Assembly: GCA_965227065.1 (NCBI GenBank)
Contig: CBDDFN010000020.1
Location: 411,471 to 475,470 of the forward strand
Length of the DNA: 64,000 nucleotides
Reading direction: 5' to 3'
From: Alphaproteobacteria bacterium
Lineage (GTDB): Bacteria > Pseudomonadota > Alphaproteobacteria > SPJN01
The first letter of the stretch is position 1. Every line of letters begins with the position of its first letter. Shown here one piece after another: positions 1-9,915 of this stretch. The translations under genes and the position numbers were made by a program. The notes under the pieces were generated by a model. The model was not told where the DNA came from. It made no database searches and saw nothing but the letters and a program-made list of their open reading frames with translations.

Positions 1-2
1 TC

Positions 3-881
3 GAAGACGGCTTTGTTCGCAGCCGCGGACTGGGGTCAAATTTCTATGCGGCCGGTTCCATGTCGCTTGATGATCAGGGAATCTATTTTGATCCAATCCG
101 GCCATCGCGGCTGGAGACATTGTTGCGCGAAACCCGCTTTGATCCGCCGCTGGTTGCGCGGGCGGCGGCCTTGCGGGAGCGCTTGGTCAAATCGGGGATT
201 TCCAAATATAATCTTGATCCTGACAATCAGGACCTGCAGGACTTGCCCGAAGGCCGCCGGGTTGCGCTGGTTGTCGGGCAGGTCGCCGACGACGCATCGA
301 TTTTGCGCGGCTGTACCGATATCAAATCGGATGCCGAGTTGCTGGAAGCCGTACGGGCAACCGTCCCCGACGATTTCATCGTGTACAAACCCCATCCCGA
401 TGTGGTCGCAGGAAACCGCAAAGGCGGGGCGTCAACGGAGGTTCTGGCACGCTATGCGGACCGGGTTGTGATCCAGGGCGATATTGTGTCGTGCCTGAAC
501 GTTGCGCACAGCGTACACACCATGACCAGCCTGTCAGGCTTTGAGGCACTGCTGCGCGGGCTTCCGGTCTATACCTATGGCGGACCATTTTATGCCGGGT
601 GGGGACTGACCCATGATCGTCAGACCTTTCCCCGCAGGGCGCGGCAGTTGAGCGTTGATGAATTGGTGGCCGCAGCTCTGATCCTTTACCCCCGTTACAT
701 GGACCCGGTGACATCGCTGCCTTGCACTGTGGAAGATCTGGTGGGCCGGATCGAAGCGCAGACCGAACAATCCCCCGAGCCGCGTCCCCAGCCCCGGACC
801 TGGCGCAAACGTCTTATCAAGGGACGCACCATGCGTGCGATCATTGCAAGCTTGCACAAGCCCCCTGAGGTCCGCTATTGA
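3..881 (+). CDS. kpsC: Capsular polysaccharide biosynthesis/export protein KpsC/LipA family (5' truncated by window)
   Basis: Frame is open from base 3: EDGFVRSRGLGS...D.QGIYFDP, VGQVADDAS, YKPHPDV, TMTSLSGFEALLRG, PFYAGWGLT are KpsC motifs. Confidence 0.85.
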   Translation, partial: EDGFVRSRGLGSNFYAAGSMSLDDQGIYFDPIRPSRLETLLRETRFDPPLVARAAALRERLVKSGISKYNLDPDNQDLQDLPEGRRVALVVGQVADDASILRGCTDIKSDAELLEAVRATVPDDFIVYKPHPDVVAGNRKGGASTEVLARYADRVVIQGDIVSCLNVAHSVHTMTSLSGFEALLRGLPVYTYGGPFYAGWGLTHDRQTFPRRARQLSVDELVAAALILYPRYMDPVTSLPCTVEDLVGRIEAQTEQSPEPRPQPRTWRKRLIKGRTMRAIIASLHKPPEVRY

Positions 882-911
882 GCGCTCCTTACTCTTTTTG
901 AGGATGGAGCA

Positions 912-1940
912 ATGGACCAGGCAAATCTGCTGATATTGGGTGCAAGCGGTTATACCGGGGCTGAGACGGTGCGTCTGGCGGCCCGGCATCCGCGTTTGCG
1001 CATCGGCGGATTGACCGCGGACCGGAAAGCCGGCGAGACGCTGGGTGCCGTGTTTCCCCATCTTGCCCCGCTTGATCTGCCCGAACTGGTTAAGATCGAC
1101 GATGTCCGGTTTGAGGATTTCGACGCGATTGTCTGTGCTTTGCCGCATGCCACCACCCAGGAGGTGATCAAGACCATCCCTCAATCGGTGAAGGTTGCGG
1201 ACCTGTCCGCTGATTTCCGGCTCGATGATCCCGCCCAGTATGAACAATGGTATGGCGGGCCCCATCAGGCGCTGGACCGGCAAAAAACAGCGACCTATGG
1301 CTTGAGCGAGTTTTACCGGGACAAGATTAAAACCGGTTCGCTGGCGGCCTGTCCGGGTTGTTACCCGACCAGTGCCTTGATGCCGCTTGTTCCCCTGCTG
1401 GATGCGGGCGCCATTGATCCCGCCCACATCATCATTGATGCGAAATCAGGCGTATCGGGAGCGGGCCGGGCCCCTGCAGAAGGCAAGCTTCATACCGAGG
1501 TTTCTGAGGGAATTCACGCCTATGGTGTAGGCCATCACAGGCATATGGCCGAAATTGATCAGGAATTGAGCAAGGCGGCCGGTTCAGTGGTGACGGCGAG
1601 TTTCACACCGCATCTGGTGCCGATGAACCGGGGCATCATTTCGACCATTTATGTGGCTGGCGAGGCCGATGCGCTGCACGCAACATTGCATGACAGGTTT
1701 GCTGATGAGCCCTTCGTGCATGTGCTGCCCAAGGGCCAGGTTCCGGCAACCCGCCATGTCCGGGGATCGAATCAGGTGCGCATCGGTGTGGTGGCGGACC
1801 GGCAGCCGGGCCGGGCGATCCTGGTTTCGGTGCTGGATAATCTGGTGAAGGGCGCTGCAGGCCAGGGTTTGCAGAACCTCAACCTCATGCTGGGCTTTGA
1901 TGAGACCGATGGTCTGATGCAAGAGCCGCTGTTTCCATGA
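912..1940 (+). CDS. argC: N-acetyl-gamma-glutamyl-phosphate reductase
   Basis: ILGASGYTG, ACPGCYPT, SGVSGAGR, DNLVKGAAGQ; GGAG RBS upstream. Confidence 0.97.
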   Translation: MDQANLLILGASGYTGAETVRLAARHPRLRIGGLTADRKAGETLGAVFPHLAPLDLPELVKIDDVRFEDFDAIVCALPHATTQEVIKTIPQSVKVADLSADFRLDDPAQYEQWYGGPHQALDRQKTATYGLSEFYRDKIKTGSLAACPGCYPTSALMPLVPLLDAGAIDPAHIIIDAKSGVSGAGRAPAEGKLHTEVSEGIHAYGVGHHRHMAEIDQELSKAAGSVVTASFTPHLVPMNRGIISTIYVAGEADALHATLHDRFADEPFVHVLPKGQVPATRHVRGSNQVRIGVVADRQPGRAILVSVLDNLVKGAAGQGLQNLNLMLGFDETDGLMQEPLFP

Positions 1941-2055
1941 TTTGATGGCGGAAAAGCTTGAGAAACTGGTATTTTCGCGGCAAAGTGCGCCCAATCGGGA
2001 TTGGCGGGGCCGCGACTGTGCGGATCTGGGCCGTAAGCTATGGACCGGGGATATT

Positions 2056-3210
2056 ATGAAGAAATTTGTGGGTGTTAGCATTCTTGCGCTGTCTCTTGCG
2101 GGCTGCGGTGGTGGTGAACAGGCCAGTCAGAGTGACGGCGGCAGCTGGTGGAGCTGGGCCGATCCAAACGCCTGGTTTGAAACGGCGGGACCCGCCCCGG
2201 ACGCACCGCGTCAGGTTGAGGGCAATGCTGTTCCCGCAAACCGCCTTCCCAATGAGCCCATGTCGCGGGGTCAGGGCCTGCCGTCCGACAATGCCAATGC
2301 GCAATATGCCGGTGATGTCCGGGGTTCTTCGCGCGGCACGGTGGGTGATGCCCCGTCGGCGAATGTGCCGAGCTTCCCGCAGCCCAACTCATCAGCATCT
2401 GATGCGGTGGCAACCCAGTCGCTGCAAAGCCCGACCCAGCTGGATGGATTTGGCCAGCCCGACAGTGATCCCTTGGTGGCCGAGGGCGACAAGCTCGCGG
2501 CCGATTTCCCCGCGCCGCAATTTGATTCGGACCTGAATGCCGACCCCAACCGGGTTGTGCTGCGTCCGCCGGTTTCGGACAAGGCTATTCCCGGCGCTGG
2601 CCCGTCGGGCTCGTTCGACACGTCGTTTGAGCAGATTGCCGGCCGGTCAATCGATTCTGGGACGCAGCGCCGGTCTGTGCGTGTCGCCCAACCTTCGCCC
2701 GTGCCGATGGCACCGCAACAGGTCGCGGCGAGTGCTTCGCGGTGGGGGGAGTTGCGTTTTGACGGCCAGCAGGCCGCCCAACCCGCCTATCAGCCGCAGC
2801 AGCAGGTTTTGTACACCCGTCCGCAGCCGCAAGTGCCGCAACAGGTCTATGTCGCACCCCAGCCGGTTCAACCGGTACAGCCCGTGGCGCAACAGCCCGC
2901 AGCCGTTTCGGGCCAGGGCACCTCGATCATGTTCGGGTCAGGCTCGGTCGGGTTGAGCCAGCAGGACCGCAAGGCCATTTTGCGGGCGGCGATTGCCCAG
3001 AAAGAACTTGGCGGCCGGATCCGTGTGATCGGACATGCCGACAATCCCGGTTCGGATGCGGCGGGCGGCAAATCCGGCTTTGCTTTGTCACTTGAACGGG
3101 CCAACAAGGTTGCTGTAGCACTGATGGACGCTGGTGTGCCGAACAGCGCGATTTTGGTCGAAGCGCGCGGCGTCACCGGCCGCCGGGCTGCTGATCTTAT
3201 CGTCGAATAA
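2056..3210 (+). CDS. Lipoprotein with low-complexity Q/P linker and C-terminal OmpA-like domain
   Basis: Lipobox MKKFVGVSILALSLAGC; C-terminal IMFGSGS...IRVIGHAD...LSLERANKVAVALMDAGV. Confidence 0.75.
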   Translation: MKKFVGVSILALSLAGCGGGEQASQSDGGSWWSWADPNAWFETAGPAPDAPRQVEGNAVPANRLPNEPMSRGQGLPSDNANAQYAGDVRGSSRGTVGDAPSANVPSFPQPNSSASDAVATQSLQSPTQLDGFGQPDSDPLVAEGDKLAADFPAPQFDSDLNADPNRVVLRPPVSDKAIPGAGPSGSFDTSFEQIAGRSIDSGTQRRSVRVAQPSPVPMAPQQVAASASRWGELRFDGQQAAQPAYQPQQQVLYTRPQPQVPQQVYVAPQPVQPVQPVAQQPAAVSGQGTSIMFGSGSVGLSQQDRKAILRAAIAQKELGGRIRVIGHADNPGSDAAGGKSGFALSLERANKVAVALMDAGVPNSAILVEARGVTGRRAADLIVE

Positions 3211-3396
3211 ACCAAATGGACGGCATGCTGGGCTGAAATGGTTCGGACGACGGGGCCGGTGGGCAATGAATTGGGCGTGATCACGCCGCAATTTGGCCCC
3301 ACCAGGGCCCATAAGCCCTGACAATTGAACACGATAGGGTCCCGAAAGGATGCTGAAGGGAAAGCTGGGGACGATATCGATCACCAAGGGTAAATC

Positions 3397-4617
3397 ATGA
3401 GCGAAGAATTCCACCGCATAAAGCGCCTGCCTCCATACGTCTTTGAAGAGGTTAACCGGCTCAAGGCGCGCGCCCGGGCGCAAGGCCGCGACATTATCGA
3501 TTTCGGGATGGGCAATCCCGATCTGCCGACCCCGCAGCATATTGTCGACAAGCTGACCGAAACGGTCCAGGACCCGCGCACCCACCGCTATTCCCAGTCG
3601 CGCGGCATTCCCGGCCTGCGCCGTGCGCAAGCCGCTTACTATGAGCGGCGCTTTGGCGTCACGCTCGATCCCGAAACCGAGATTGTCGCCACGCTCGGCT
3701 CCAAGGAAGGGCTGGCCAATCTTGCCCAGGCGATCACCACGCCGGGCGATGTCATTTTGGTGCCCAACCCGTCTTACCCGATCCATCCTTACGGCTTTAT
3801 CATTGCCGGTGCGGTTGTGCGTCATATCCCGACCGGGCCTGAGATCGACTTTTTCGAGTCGCTCGAACGCGCCATGAAACATTGCGTTCCGGCGCCCTCG
3901 GCGGTGGTGCTCAATTATCCTTCAAACCCGACCGCGCAAGTTGTTGATCTGGATTTCTACCGCGAGGCGGTGGCCTTTGCCCGCAAGCGAAACCTGATCA
4001 TTCTGAGCGATCTGGCCTATTCGGAAATCTATTTCGACGATAATCCGCCGCCCTCGATCCTGCAGGTGGAAGGCGCGCGCGACATTGCGGTGGAATTCAC
4101 CTCCATGTCGAAAACCTATTCAATGCCCGGATGGCGCATCGGCTTTGCCCAGGGCAATCGCCGCCTGATCGGGGCGCTCGCCCGGATCAAAAGCTATCTC
4201 GATTATGGGGCGTTCACGCCCATTCAGGTTGCCGCGACCACCGCACTGAATGGTCCGCAGGATTGTGTGGATGAGGCGCGGTCGATCTACAAAGCGCGCC
4301 GCGATGTGCTGGTCGATTGTCTGGGCCGTTCGGGCTGGGATATTCCAAGCCCGCCTGCCACCATGTTTGCCTGGGCGCCCCTGCCGGAACGGTTCAAGTT
4401 TATCGGATCGCTCGAATTCTCCAAATTGCTGCTCGAACATGCCGAAGTGGCGGTGTCACCGGGCATCGGTTTTGGGGAATATGGCGATCAATTTGTCCGG
4501 CTCGCGCTGGTGGAAAATGAACAGCGCATCCGCCAAGCGGCGCGCAATGTGAAAAAGTTTTTGAGCCAGGCCGACGACATTCTCGGCGACCGGCTTGATC
4601 GGCGCGCCGCCGAATAA
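3397..4617 (+). CDS. alaC: PLP class I aminotransferase, AlaC / LL-diaminopimelate aminotransferase-like
   Basis: RIKRLPPYVF, DFGMGNPD, NYPSNPT, SMSKTYSMPGWRIG; typical position upstream of hom. Confidence 0.8.
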   Translation: MSEEFHRIKRLPPYVFEEVNRLKARARAQGRDIIDFGMGNPDLPTPQHIVDKLTETVQDPRTHRYSQSRGIPGLRRAQAAYYERRFGVTLDPETEIVATLGSKEGLANLAQAITTPGDVILVPNPSYPIHPYGFIIAGAVVRHIPTGPEIDFFESLERAMKHCVPAPSAVVLNYPSNPTAQVVDLDFYREAVAFARKRNLIILSDLAYSEIYFDDNPPPSILQVEGARDIAVEFTSMSKTYSMPGWRIGFAQGNRRLIGALARIKSYLDYGAFTPIQVAATTALNGPQDCVDEARSIYKARRDVLVDCLGRSGWDIPSPPATMFAWAPLPERFKFIGSLEFSKLLLEHAEVAVSPGIGFGEYGDQFVRLALVENEQRIRQAARNVKKFLSQADDILGDRLDRRAAE

Positions 4618-4638
4618 GACGGCGGGCGAGGGGGTTTT

Positions 4639-5943
4639 ATGGGCGATGCGCTCAGGATCGGACTGGCGGGCTTGGGTACCGTCGGTGTCGGGGTCGTCAA
4701 GATTATCACGGACCATGCCGATATGCTGGCCGCCCGCGCCGGGCGTCCGATCATCATCACGGCGGTTTCCGCGCGTGACAAATCCAGAGAACGCGGTGTC
4801 GACCTGTCGGCTTTTGCCTGGGTAGACGATGCCGCTGCGCTGGCCGCGCGCGATGATGTTGACTGTGTGGTGGAGCTGATCGGCGGTTCGGAAGGTGTGG
4901 CGCGCAGCCTGGTTGAGGCCGCGCTCAGCGCCGGCAAACATGTCGTCACCGCCAATAAGGCCCTGATTGCTCATCACGGCACCGATCTGGCCAAACGGGC
5001 GGAAACCGCTTCGGTTGCGCTCAATTATGAAGCGGCTGTCGCAGGCGGTATCCCCATCGTCAAGGCGATCCGCGAAGGGCTGGCCGCCAATCAGCTCAGC
5101 CGCGTCTACGGTATCCTGAACGGCACCTGCAATTACATTCTGACCGAAATGGAACACACCGGACGCGCCTTTGGCGATGTGCTGAAGGACGCGCAGGATT
5201 TGGGCTATGCCGAGGCTGATCCCAGCTTTGACATTGGCGGCATTGATGCGGCGCACAAGCTGGCCATTCTGGCCGCGTTGGGTTTCGGTCATGAGGTTGA
5301 GTTTGACCGCGTACACATTGAAGGCATTGAAACCATTACGTCGGAAGACATTCGGCTCGCCCAGGAATTCGGCTATCGCATCAAGCTGATCGGTCTGGCG
5401 GAAATGCAGAATGGACAGGTTGCGCAATCGGTCAGCCCCGCGCTTGTCCCGCTCGGCACGCCGATGGCTGATGTGATGGATGCGTTTAATGCGGTGGCGG
5501 TTGATGCCGACCCGCTCGATCAAACCTTTTATCAGGGCCGGGGTGCAGGCGAGGGACCAACCGCATCGGCGGTTGTCGCTGATCTTGTCGATATTGCCCG
5601 CGGTTTGGTTTTGCCTGCCTTTGGCGTTCCCGCATCGGCCTTGCGGCCGCTGGAGCCCTTGGGCCATGGCGATCAGGTGGGTGAATTTTATGTCCGGCTT
5701 CATCTGAAGGATGAGCCCGGCGGCATGGCGCAGGTCTCAAAGGCATTTGCCGATCAAGGTGTGTCGATTGCCAGCATGATCCAAAGAGAGCGGGCCGACG
5801 CCCCGCAATCAGGTGTGCCGGTCGTGTTTTTGACCCATGAAACATCAACAGCGGCGCTTGAAGCCGCGCTTGACGAAATTGGCGGTCTCGATGCGTCACT
5901 GAGCGCACCGATGATGCTGCCGATTGCAACATTCGCCGGGTAA
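4639..5943 (+). CDS. hom: Homoserine dehydrogenase with C-terminal ACT domain
   Basis: GLGTVG, VVTANKA, YEAAVAGGIP, GILNGTCNYIL, GAGEGPTASAV. Confidence 0.97.
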   Translation: MGDALRIGLAGLGTVGVGVVKIITDHADMLAARAGRPIIITAVSARDKSRERGVDLSAFAWVDDAAALAARDDVDCVVELIGGSEGVARSLVEAALSAGKHVVTANKALIAHHGTDLAKRAETASVALNYEAAVAGGIPIVKAIREGLAANQLSRVYGILNGTCNYILTEMEHTGRAFGDVLKDAQDLGYAEADPSFDIGGIDAAHKLAILAALGFGHEVEFDRVHIEGIETITSEDIRLAQEFGYRIKLIGLAEMQNGQVAQSVSPALVPLGTPMADVMDAFNAVAVDADPLDQTFYQGRGAGEGPTASAVVADLVDIARGLVLPAFGVPASALRPLEPLGHGDQVGEFYVRLHLKDEPGGMAQVSKAFADQGVSIASMIQRERADAPQSGVPVVFLTHETSTAALEAALDEIGGLDASLSAPMMLPIATFAG

Positions 5944-5984
5944 ACCGGCGCGGCGGGTTCCGCCTCAATTGAAGGGAATGAAGA

Positions 5985-6962
5985 ATGTCTAGAAGTTCTG
6001 TCCTTGATCGCGTGCTGGTGATGGAAGTCGTCCGCGTGACCGAAGCGGCTGCGGTTGCAGCTTCACGGCTGACCGGGCGCGGTGATGAAAAAGCGGCCGA
6101 TCAAGCTGCCGTTGATGCCATGCGCACAGCGCTTAATGGTTTGCATGTGCAAGGCACCGTTGTGATTGGTGAAGGTGAGCGTGACGAAGCCCCCATGCTT
6201 TATATCGGTGAGGAAGTCGGTGCGGGCAGTGGACCCAAAATCGACATTGCGCTTGATCCGCTGGAAGGCACGACCATCACGGCCAAAGCCATGCCCAATG
6301 CGTTGGCGGTTGTGGCGATTGCTGAAGCGGGGAACTTCCTTCACTCGCCTGACGTCTATATGGACAAGATCGCGATTGGCGGTGGTTATCCCGAAGGCGT
6401 GATCGATCTCGACATGGACCCCGGTGAGGTCATGAAGGAACTGGCCAAGGCCAAAGGCACCGATGTGTCGGAAGTCACCGCCTGTGTGCTTGACCGTCCG
6501 CGTCACGCTGAAATCATTGCCAAGGTGCGCGAGGCCGGTGGCCGTGTCTATCTGATCGGTGATGGCGATGTGGCCGGCGTTATCTCAACGACCGATCCGC
6601 AAACCGGGGTTGATGTCTATATGGGCCAGGGCGGTGCGCCTGAAGGTGTGCTGGCGGCCGCTGCACTGCGCTGCACCGGTGGACAGATGCAAGGCCGTCT
6701 GGTCTTCCGCAATGATGATGAGCGTGCGCGCGCCGACCGGGCGGGCATCACCGATCTCAACCGAAAATATGCGCTTGAAGAACTCGCATCCGGCGATGTC
6801 ATCTTTGCTGCAACCGGCGTGACCGATGGCTCCATGCTGTCGGGCATCAAGCGTCTTCCCGGTGGCAAGGTCGAAACCCAGACCATCGTGATGCGCAGCT
6901 CGACCGGCACGGTGCGCTGGATCACCGCGCGGCACGCGACCGAAGCCAAGTTCGGCCTTTGA
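5985..6962 (+). CDS. glpX: Class II fructose-1,6-bisphosphatase
   Basis: VIGEGERDEAPML, DPLEGT, GDGDVAG, GGAPEGV. Confidence 0.96.
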   Translation: MSRSSVLDRVLVMEVVRVTEAAAVAASRLTGRGDEKAADQAAVDAMRTALNGLHVQGTVVIGEGERDEAPMLYIGEEVGAGSGPKIDIALDPLEGTTITAKAMPNALAVVAIAEAGNFLHSPDVYMDKIAIGGGYPEGVIDLDMDPGEVMKELAKAKGTDVSEVTACVLDRPRHAEIIAKVREAGGRVYLIGDGDVAGVISTTDPQTGVDVYMGQGGAPEGVLAAAALRCTGGQMQGRLVFRNDDERARADRAGITDLNRKYALEELASGDVIFAATGVTDGSMLSGIKRLPGGKVETQTIVMRSSTGTVRWITARHATEAKFGL

Positions 6963-8746
6963 TGCGGCCCACCGTCCTCGGCATAGACCAGTCTTTGTCG
7001 GGACGGCGCTGGTGCGCGCGGGCGGACGATGACCGTCTGGTCATCGCGCTTGCGCAAAAGCTTGGCATTTCCGAGCTGTTGGCCCGCGTGCTGGCCGCTC
7101 GCGGGACTGATCTTGAAACGGCGGACCGCGCGCTTGATCCCACCTTGCGCGCGCTCATGCCTGATCCCTCCACCATCACAGATATGGACAAGGCCGCCCA
7201 CCGACTGGCCGACGCTGTTGAAGCGCGTGAGACGGTGGCGATTTTCGGCGATTATGATGTCGATGGCGCGACCTCGACGGCGCTTTTGACCCGCTTTCTG
7301 CGCAGTCTGGGCTGTGACCCGATCCGCTACATTCCCGACCGGCTGTCGGAGGGCTACGGCCCCAATGCGGCGGCCATGGAAAAGCTCAAGGCCGATGGCG
7401 CAACCCTGGTCGTCACGGTGGATTGCGGCACGCTGGCCTACGGGCCGCTGGAACGGGCGGCCGAACTTGGCCTTGAAGTGCTGGTCGCTGATCATCATTT
7501 GAGCGAGCCGCTTTTGCCGCCCGCTTTCGCCGTGGTCAATCCCAACCGGCTTGATGACACATCAGGGCTAGGCGCGCTGGCTGCGGTCGGCGTGGTCTTC
7601 ATGCTGGTGATCGCCACCAACCGGGAATTGCGCAAGCGCGGTGCCTTTGATGACGGCGCCGAACCCAATCCGCTGGACTGGCTTGATCTGGTGGCTTTGG
7701 GAACGGTGGCTGACGTCGTCCCGCTTCAGGGGCTCAACCGCGCCTTTGTCACCCAGGGCCTCAAGATCGCCGCCCGGCGCGGCAATGCCGGGCTCACCAG
7801 CCTGTTTGATGTCGCCCGCGTGGATGAGCCGCCAAGCCCCTATCATCTGGGCTATGTGATCGGCCCGCGGGTCAATGCCGGTGGCCGGGTCGGCGAGGCC
7901 GGGCTCGGAACCGAACTCCTGATCTCCGATGATGCGCTGGCGTCTCAGCCCATGGCGCAGACGCTTGACCGCTACAATCAGGAACGCCGCGCGATTGAGC
8001 AGGCCGTGCTGGAAGCCGCGCTTGATCAGGCCCAAAACACCTATCAGGGTAATCGCGAGCATGCGCCCCTGATTGCAGTGGCAGACAAGGGCTGGCACCC
8101 CGGTGTCATCGGCATTGTCGCCAGCCGCTTGAAAGACAGGTTCCGCCGCCCCAGCCTTGTCATGGCACTGACCGAAGACGGGCTTGCCAAAGGTTCGGGC
8201 CGGTCGGTTGCGGGTGTGGATCTTGGCCGGGCTGTCACCGCCGCGCTTGAAGCGGGTCTTCTGGTCAATGGCGGCGGGCATGTGATGGCCGCTGGTCTGA
8301 CGGTTGAGGCGGACAAGATCGAACCCTTGCGCGAGTTTCTTGAAGAGCGCTTGGCCGCCCAGGTGCGCGACGCAATGGCCAGCCATGAGCTTGGCCTTGA
8401 TGGGGTGATCAGCGTATCGGGTGCAACGCTTGCGATGATTGAAGATATAGGCCGGGCCGGTCCGTTTGGCTCAGCCAATCCCGAACCGCGCTTTGCCGTC
8501 ACCGATGCGCGTATTGTGCAATCAAAAACCGTCGGCGATGGCAGCCATATCCATGCTGTGCTGACCGATTCCGCCGGCGGGCGGCTCACCGCCATCGGCT
8601 TTGGGCTGACCGAAACAGAGCTTGGCCAGCAGATCCTCAATGGCCGCGCGCCGCTTCACCTTGCCGGTCACATTCGCGCCAATCATTTCAATGGCCGGGT
8701 GACGCCGCAATTGGTGATCGAAGACGGGGCGTTGAGTGGCGATTAA
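6962..8746 (+). CDS. recJ: Single-stranded DNA exonuclease RecJ
   Basis: GDYDVDGATS, TVDCG, DHH, GTVADVV, GGGHVMAAG; TGATG overlap with glpX. Confidence 0.97.
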   Translation: MRPTVLGIDQSLSGRRWCARADDDRLVIALAQKLGISELLARVLAARGTDLETADRALDPTLRALMPDPSTITDMDKAAHRLADAVEARETVAIFGDYDVDGATSTALLTRFLRSLGCDPIRYIPDRLSEGYGPNAAAMEKLKADGATLVVTVDCGTLAYGPLERAAELGLEVLVADHHLSEPLLPPAFAVVNPNRLDDTSGLGALAAVGVVFMLVIATNRELRKRGAFDDGAEPNPLDWLDLVALGTVADVVPLQGLNRAFVTQGLKIAARRGNAGLTSLFDVARVDEPPSPYHLGYVIGPRVNAGGRVGEAGLGTELLISDDALASQPMAQTLDRYNQERRAIEQAVLEAALDQAQNTYQGNREHAPLIAVADKGWHPGVIGIVASRLKDRFRRPSLVMALTEDGLAKGSGRSVAGVDLGRAVTAALEAGLLVNGGGHVMAAGLTVEADKIEPLREFLEERLAAQVRDAMASHELGLDGVISVSGATLAMIEDIGRAGPFGSANPEPRFAVTDARIVQSKTVGDGSHIHAVLTDSAGGRLTAIGFGLTETELGQQILNGRAPLHLAGHIRANHFNGRVTPQLVIEDGALSGD

Positions 8747-8841
8747 GCGCTGAAAGCGCTGGGTGGCGACTGCCGCCCCGGCGAACTTTTTCGCCGCCCC
8801 GGCGGAGCTGCGGACCAAAGGTCCGCTGGCGTGAGCGCAAA

Positions 8842-9588
8842 TTAAGCCCAGCCGCCTGCAAACGGGATGACCTGGCCGGTGATGAAACCGCCATGCTCGC
8901 CGCACAGAAAGGCGATGGTCTCACCCGCCTCTGAGGGCTCTCCCAGCCTGCCCACCGGAATATTTTTAGTGATCTTGGCGAGAATGCCGGGATCAGAAAT
9001 CAGCCTGTCGGGGAAATAAGTCGGGCTTTTGATGAAGTTAAAGCCCAGCGCATTGATGGTGATATTGTGCGGCCCCATTTCAAGCGACAAGGTTTTGATC
9101 AACCCGTTTTGCGCCCCGCGCACGGCGGCATAAACCGGATAGTTGACGAGCCCGCGCATGGGCGCTGCCGAACTTGCCACCACAATGCGCCCGCCGCCCG
9201 ATGTCTGCATCAACCTTGAGGCCGCCGTGATCAACGAAAAGGGGCGGGTGACCATGGCGTCCAGCGCCTGCTGGAACTTGGTGTCGAGCACCGAAAGCTC
9301 TTCTTCAAAATAAATCAGCTTTTCGGCCGGGTGCCCATCGCTGGAGATCAGCGCATCAAGACGCCCGAACCGCGCTTCAATCGTGGCAATCAGCGCGGCA
9401 GGCGCTTGCGGGGCCAGCGCGGTGACACCCGTCATCCGGTCTTCAAAAGCGGTGCGCGCGCTTTCCTCTGCAAAGCTGTCATCGACGGCAAGACAGGTGA
9501 AGCCCGCCTTGAGGAGGGCGACAAGCGTGGGAATACCGACAAAATGCTCTGCATCGGTCACCAGTGCGATCTTAGACTTATTGGTCAT
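8842..9588 (-). CDS. hhe: Halohydrin dehalogenase (SDR-fold epoxidase)
   Basis: T-x4-F-x-G (TDAEHFVG) replaces the SDR TGxxxGxG; S-x12-Y-x3-R triad (SAAPMRGLVNYPVYAAVR) replaces YxxxK; ends GQVIPFAGGWA. Confidence 0.85.
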   Translation of the reverse strand: MTNKSKIALVTDAEHFVGIPTLVALLKAGFTCLAVDDSFAEESARTAFEDRMTGVTALAPQAPAALIATIEARFGRLDALISSDGHPAEKLIYFEEELSVLDTKFQQALDAMVTRPFSLITAASRLMQTSGGGRIVVASSAAPMRGLVNYPVYAAVRGAQNGLIKTLSLEMGPHNITINALGFNFIKSPTYFPDRLISDPGILAKITKNIPVGRLGEPSEAGETIAFLCGEHGGFITGQVIPFAGGWA

Positions 9589-9648
9589 GTCCCTGTCTCT
9601 TTAGGCTTGTTAGATAGAGGCCAAATTTGCGAATGACGGAGATGTATC

Positions 9649-9915
9649 ATGCCCCACAAGCAATTGCTCCACCTGGTCTTTGGCGGTCGTCTGAAAAAGA
9701 CGCAAGGGCTGGAATTTGAAGACCTCGACACGCTCGATATCGTCGGCATCTTCCCAGATTATGACAGTGCGGAAAAAGCCTGGAAGGCCAAAAGCCAGCG
9801 CGCCGTTGATGATGCCTATACGCGCTATTTCGTGGTGCATATGCATGAATTGCTCGACCCCGATGCGCCCATGGACGCCCATGGCCATGTCCTGCGTGAG
9901 GGCGAAGACGCCTAG
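9649..9915 (+). CDS. DUF4170-like conserved alphaproteobacterial protein
   Basis: QLLHLVFGGRL...DIVGIFPDY..A..AWKAKSQRAVDDA; GGAG RBS. Confidence 0.75.
   Translation: MPHKQLLHLVFGGRLKKTQGLEFEDLDTLDIVGIFPDYDSAEKAWKAKSQRAVDDAYTRYFVVHMHELLDPDAPMDAHGHVLREGEDA

Noticed and set aside
8744-8806. Small hairpins and a GCCGCCCCGGCG direct repeat between recJ and the dehalogenase gene
   Set aside because: Short and GC-rich; may act as terminator structure but has no clear T-tract or further copies
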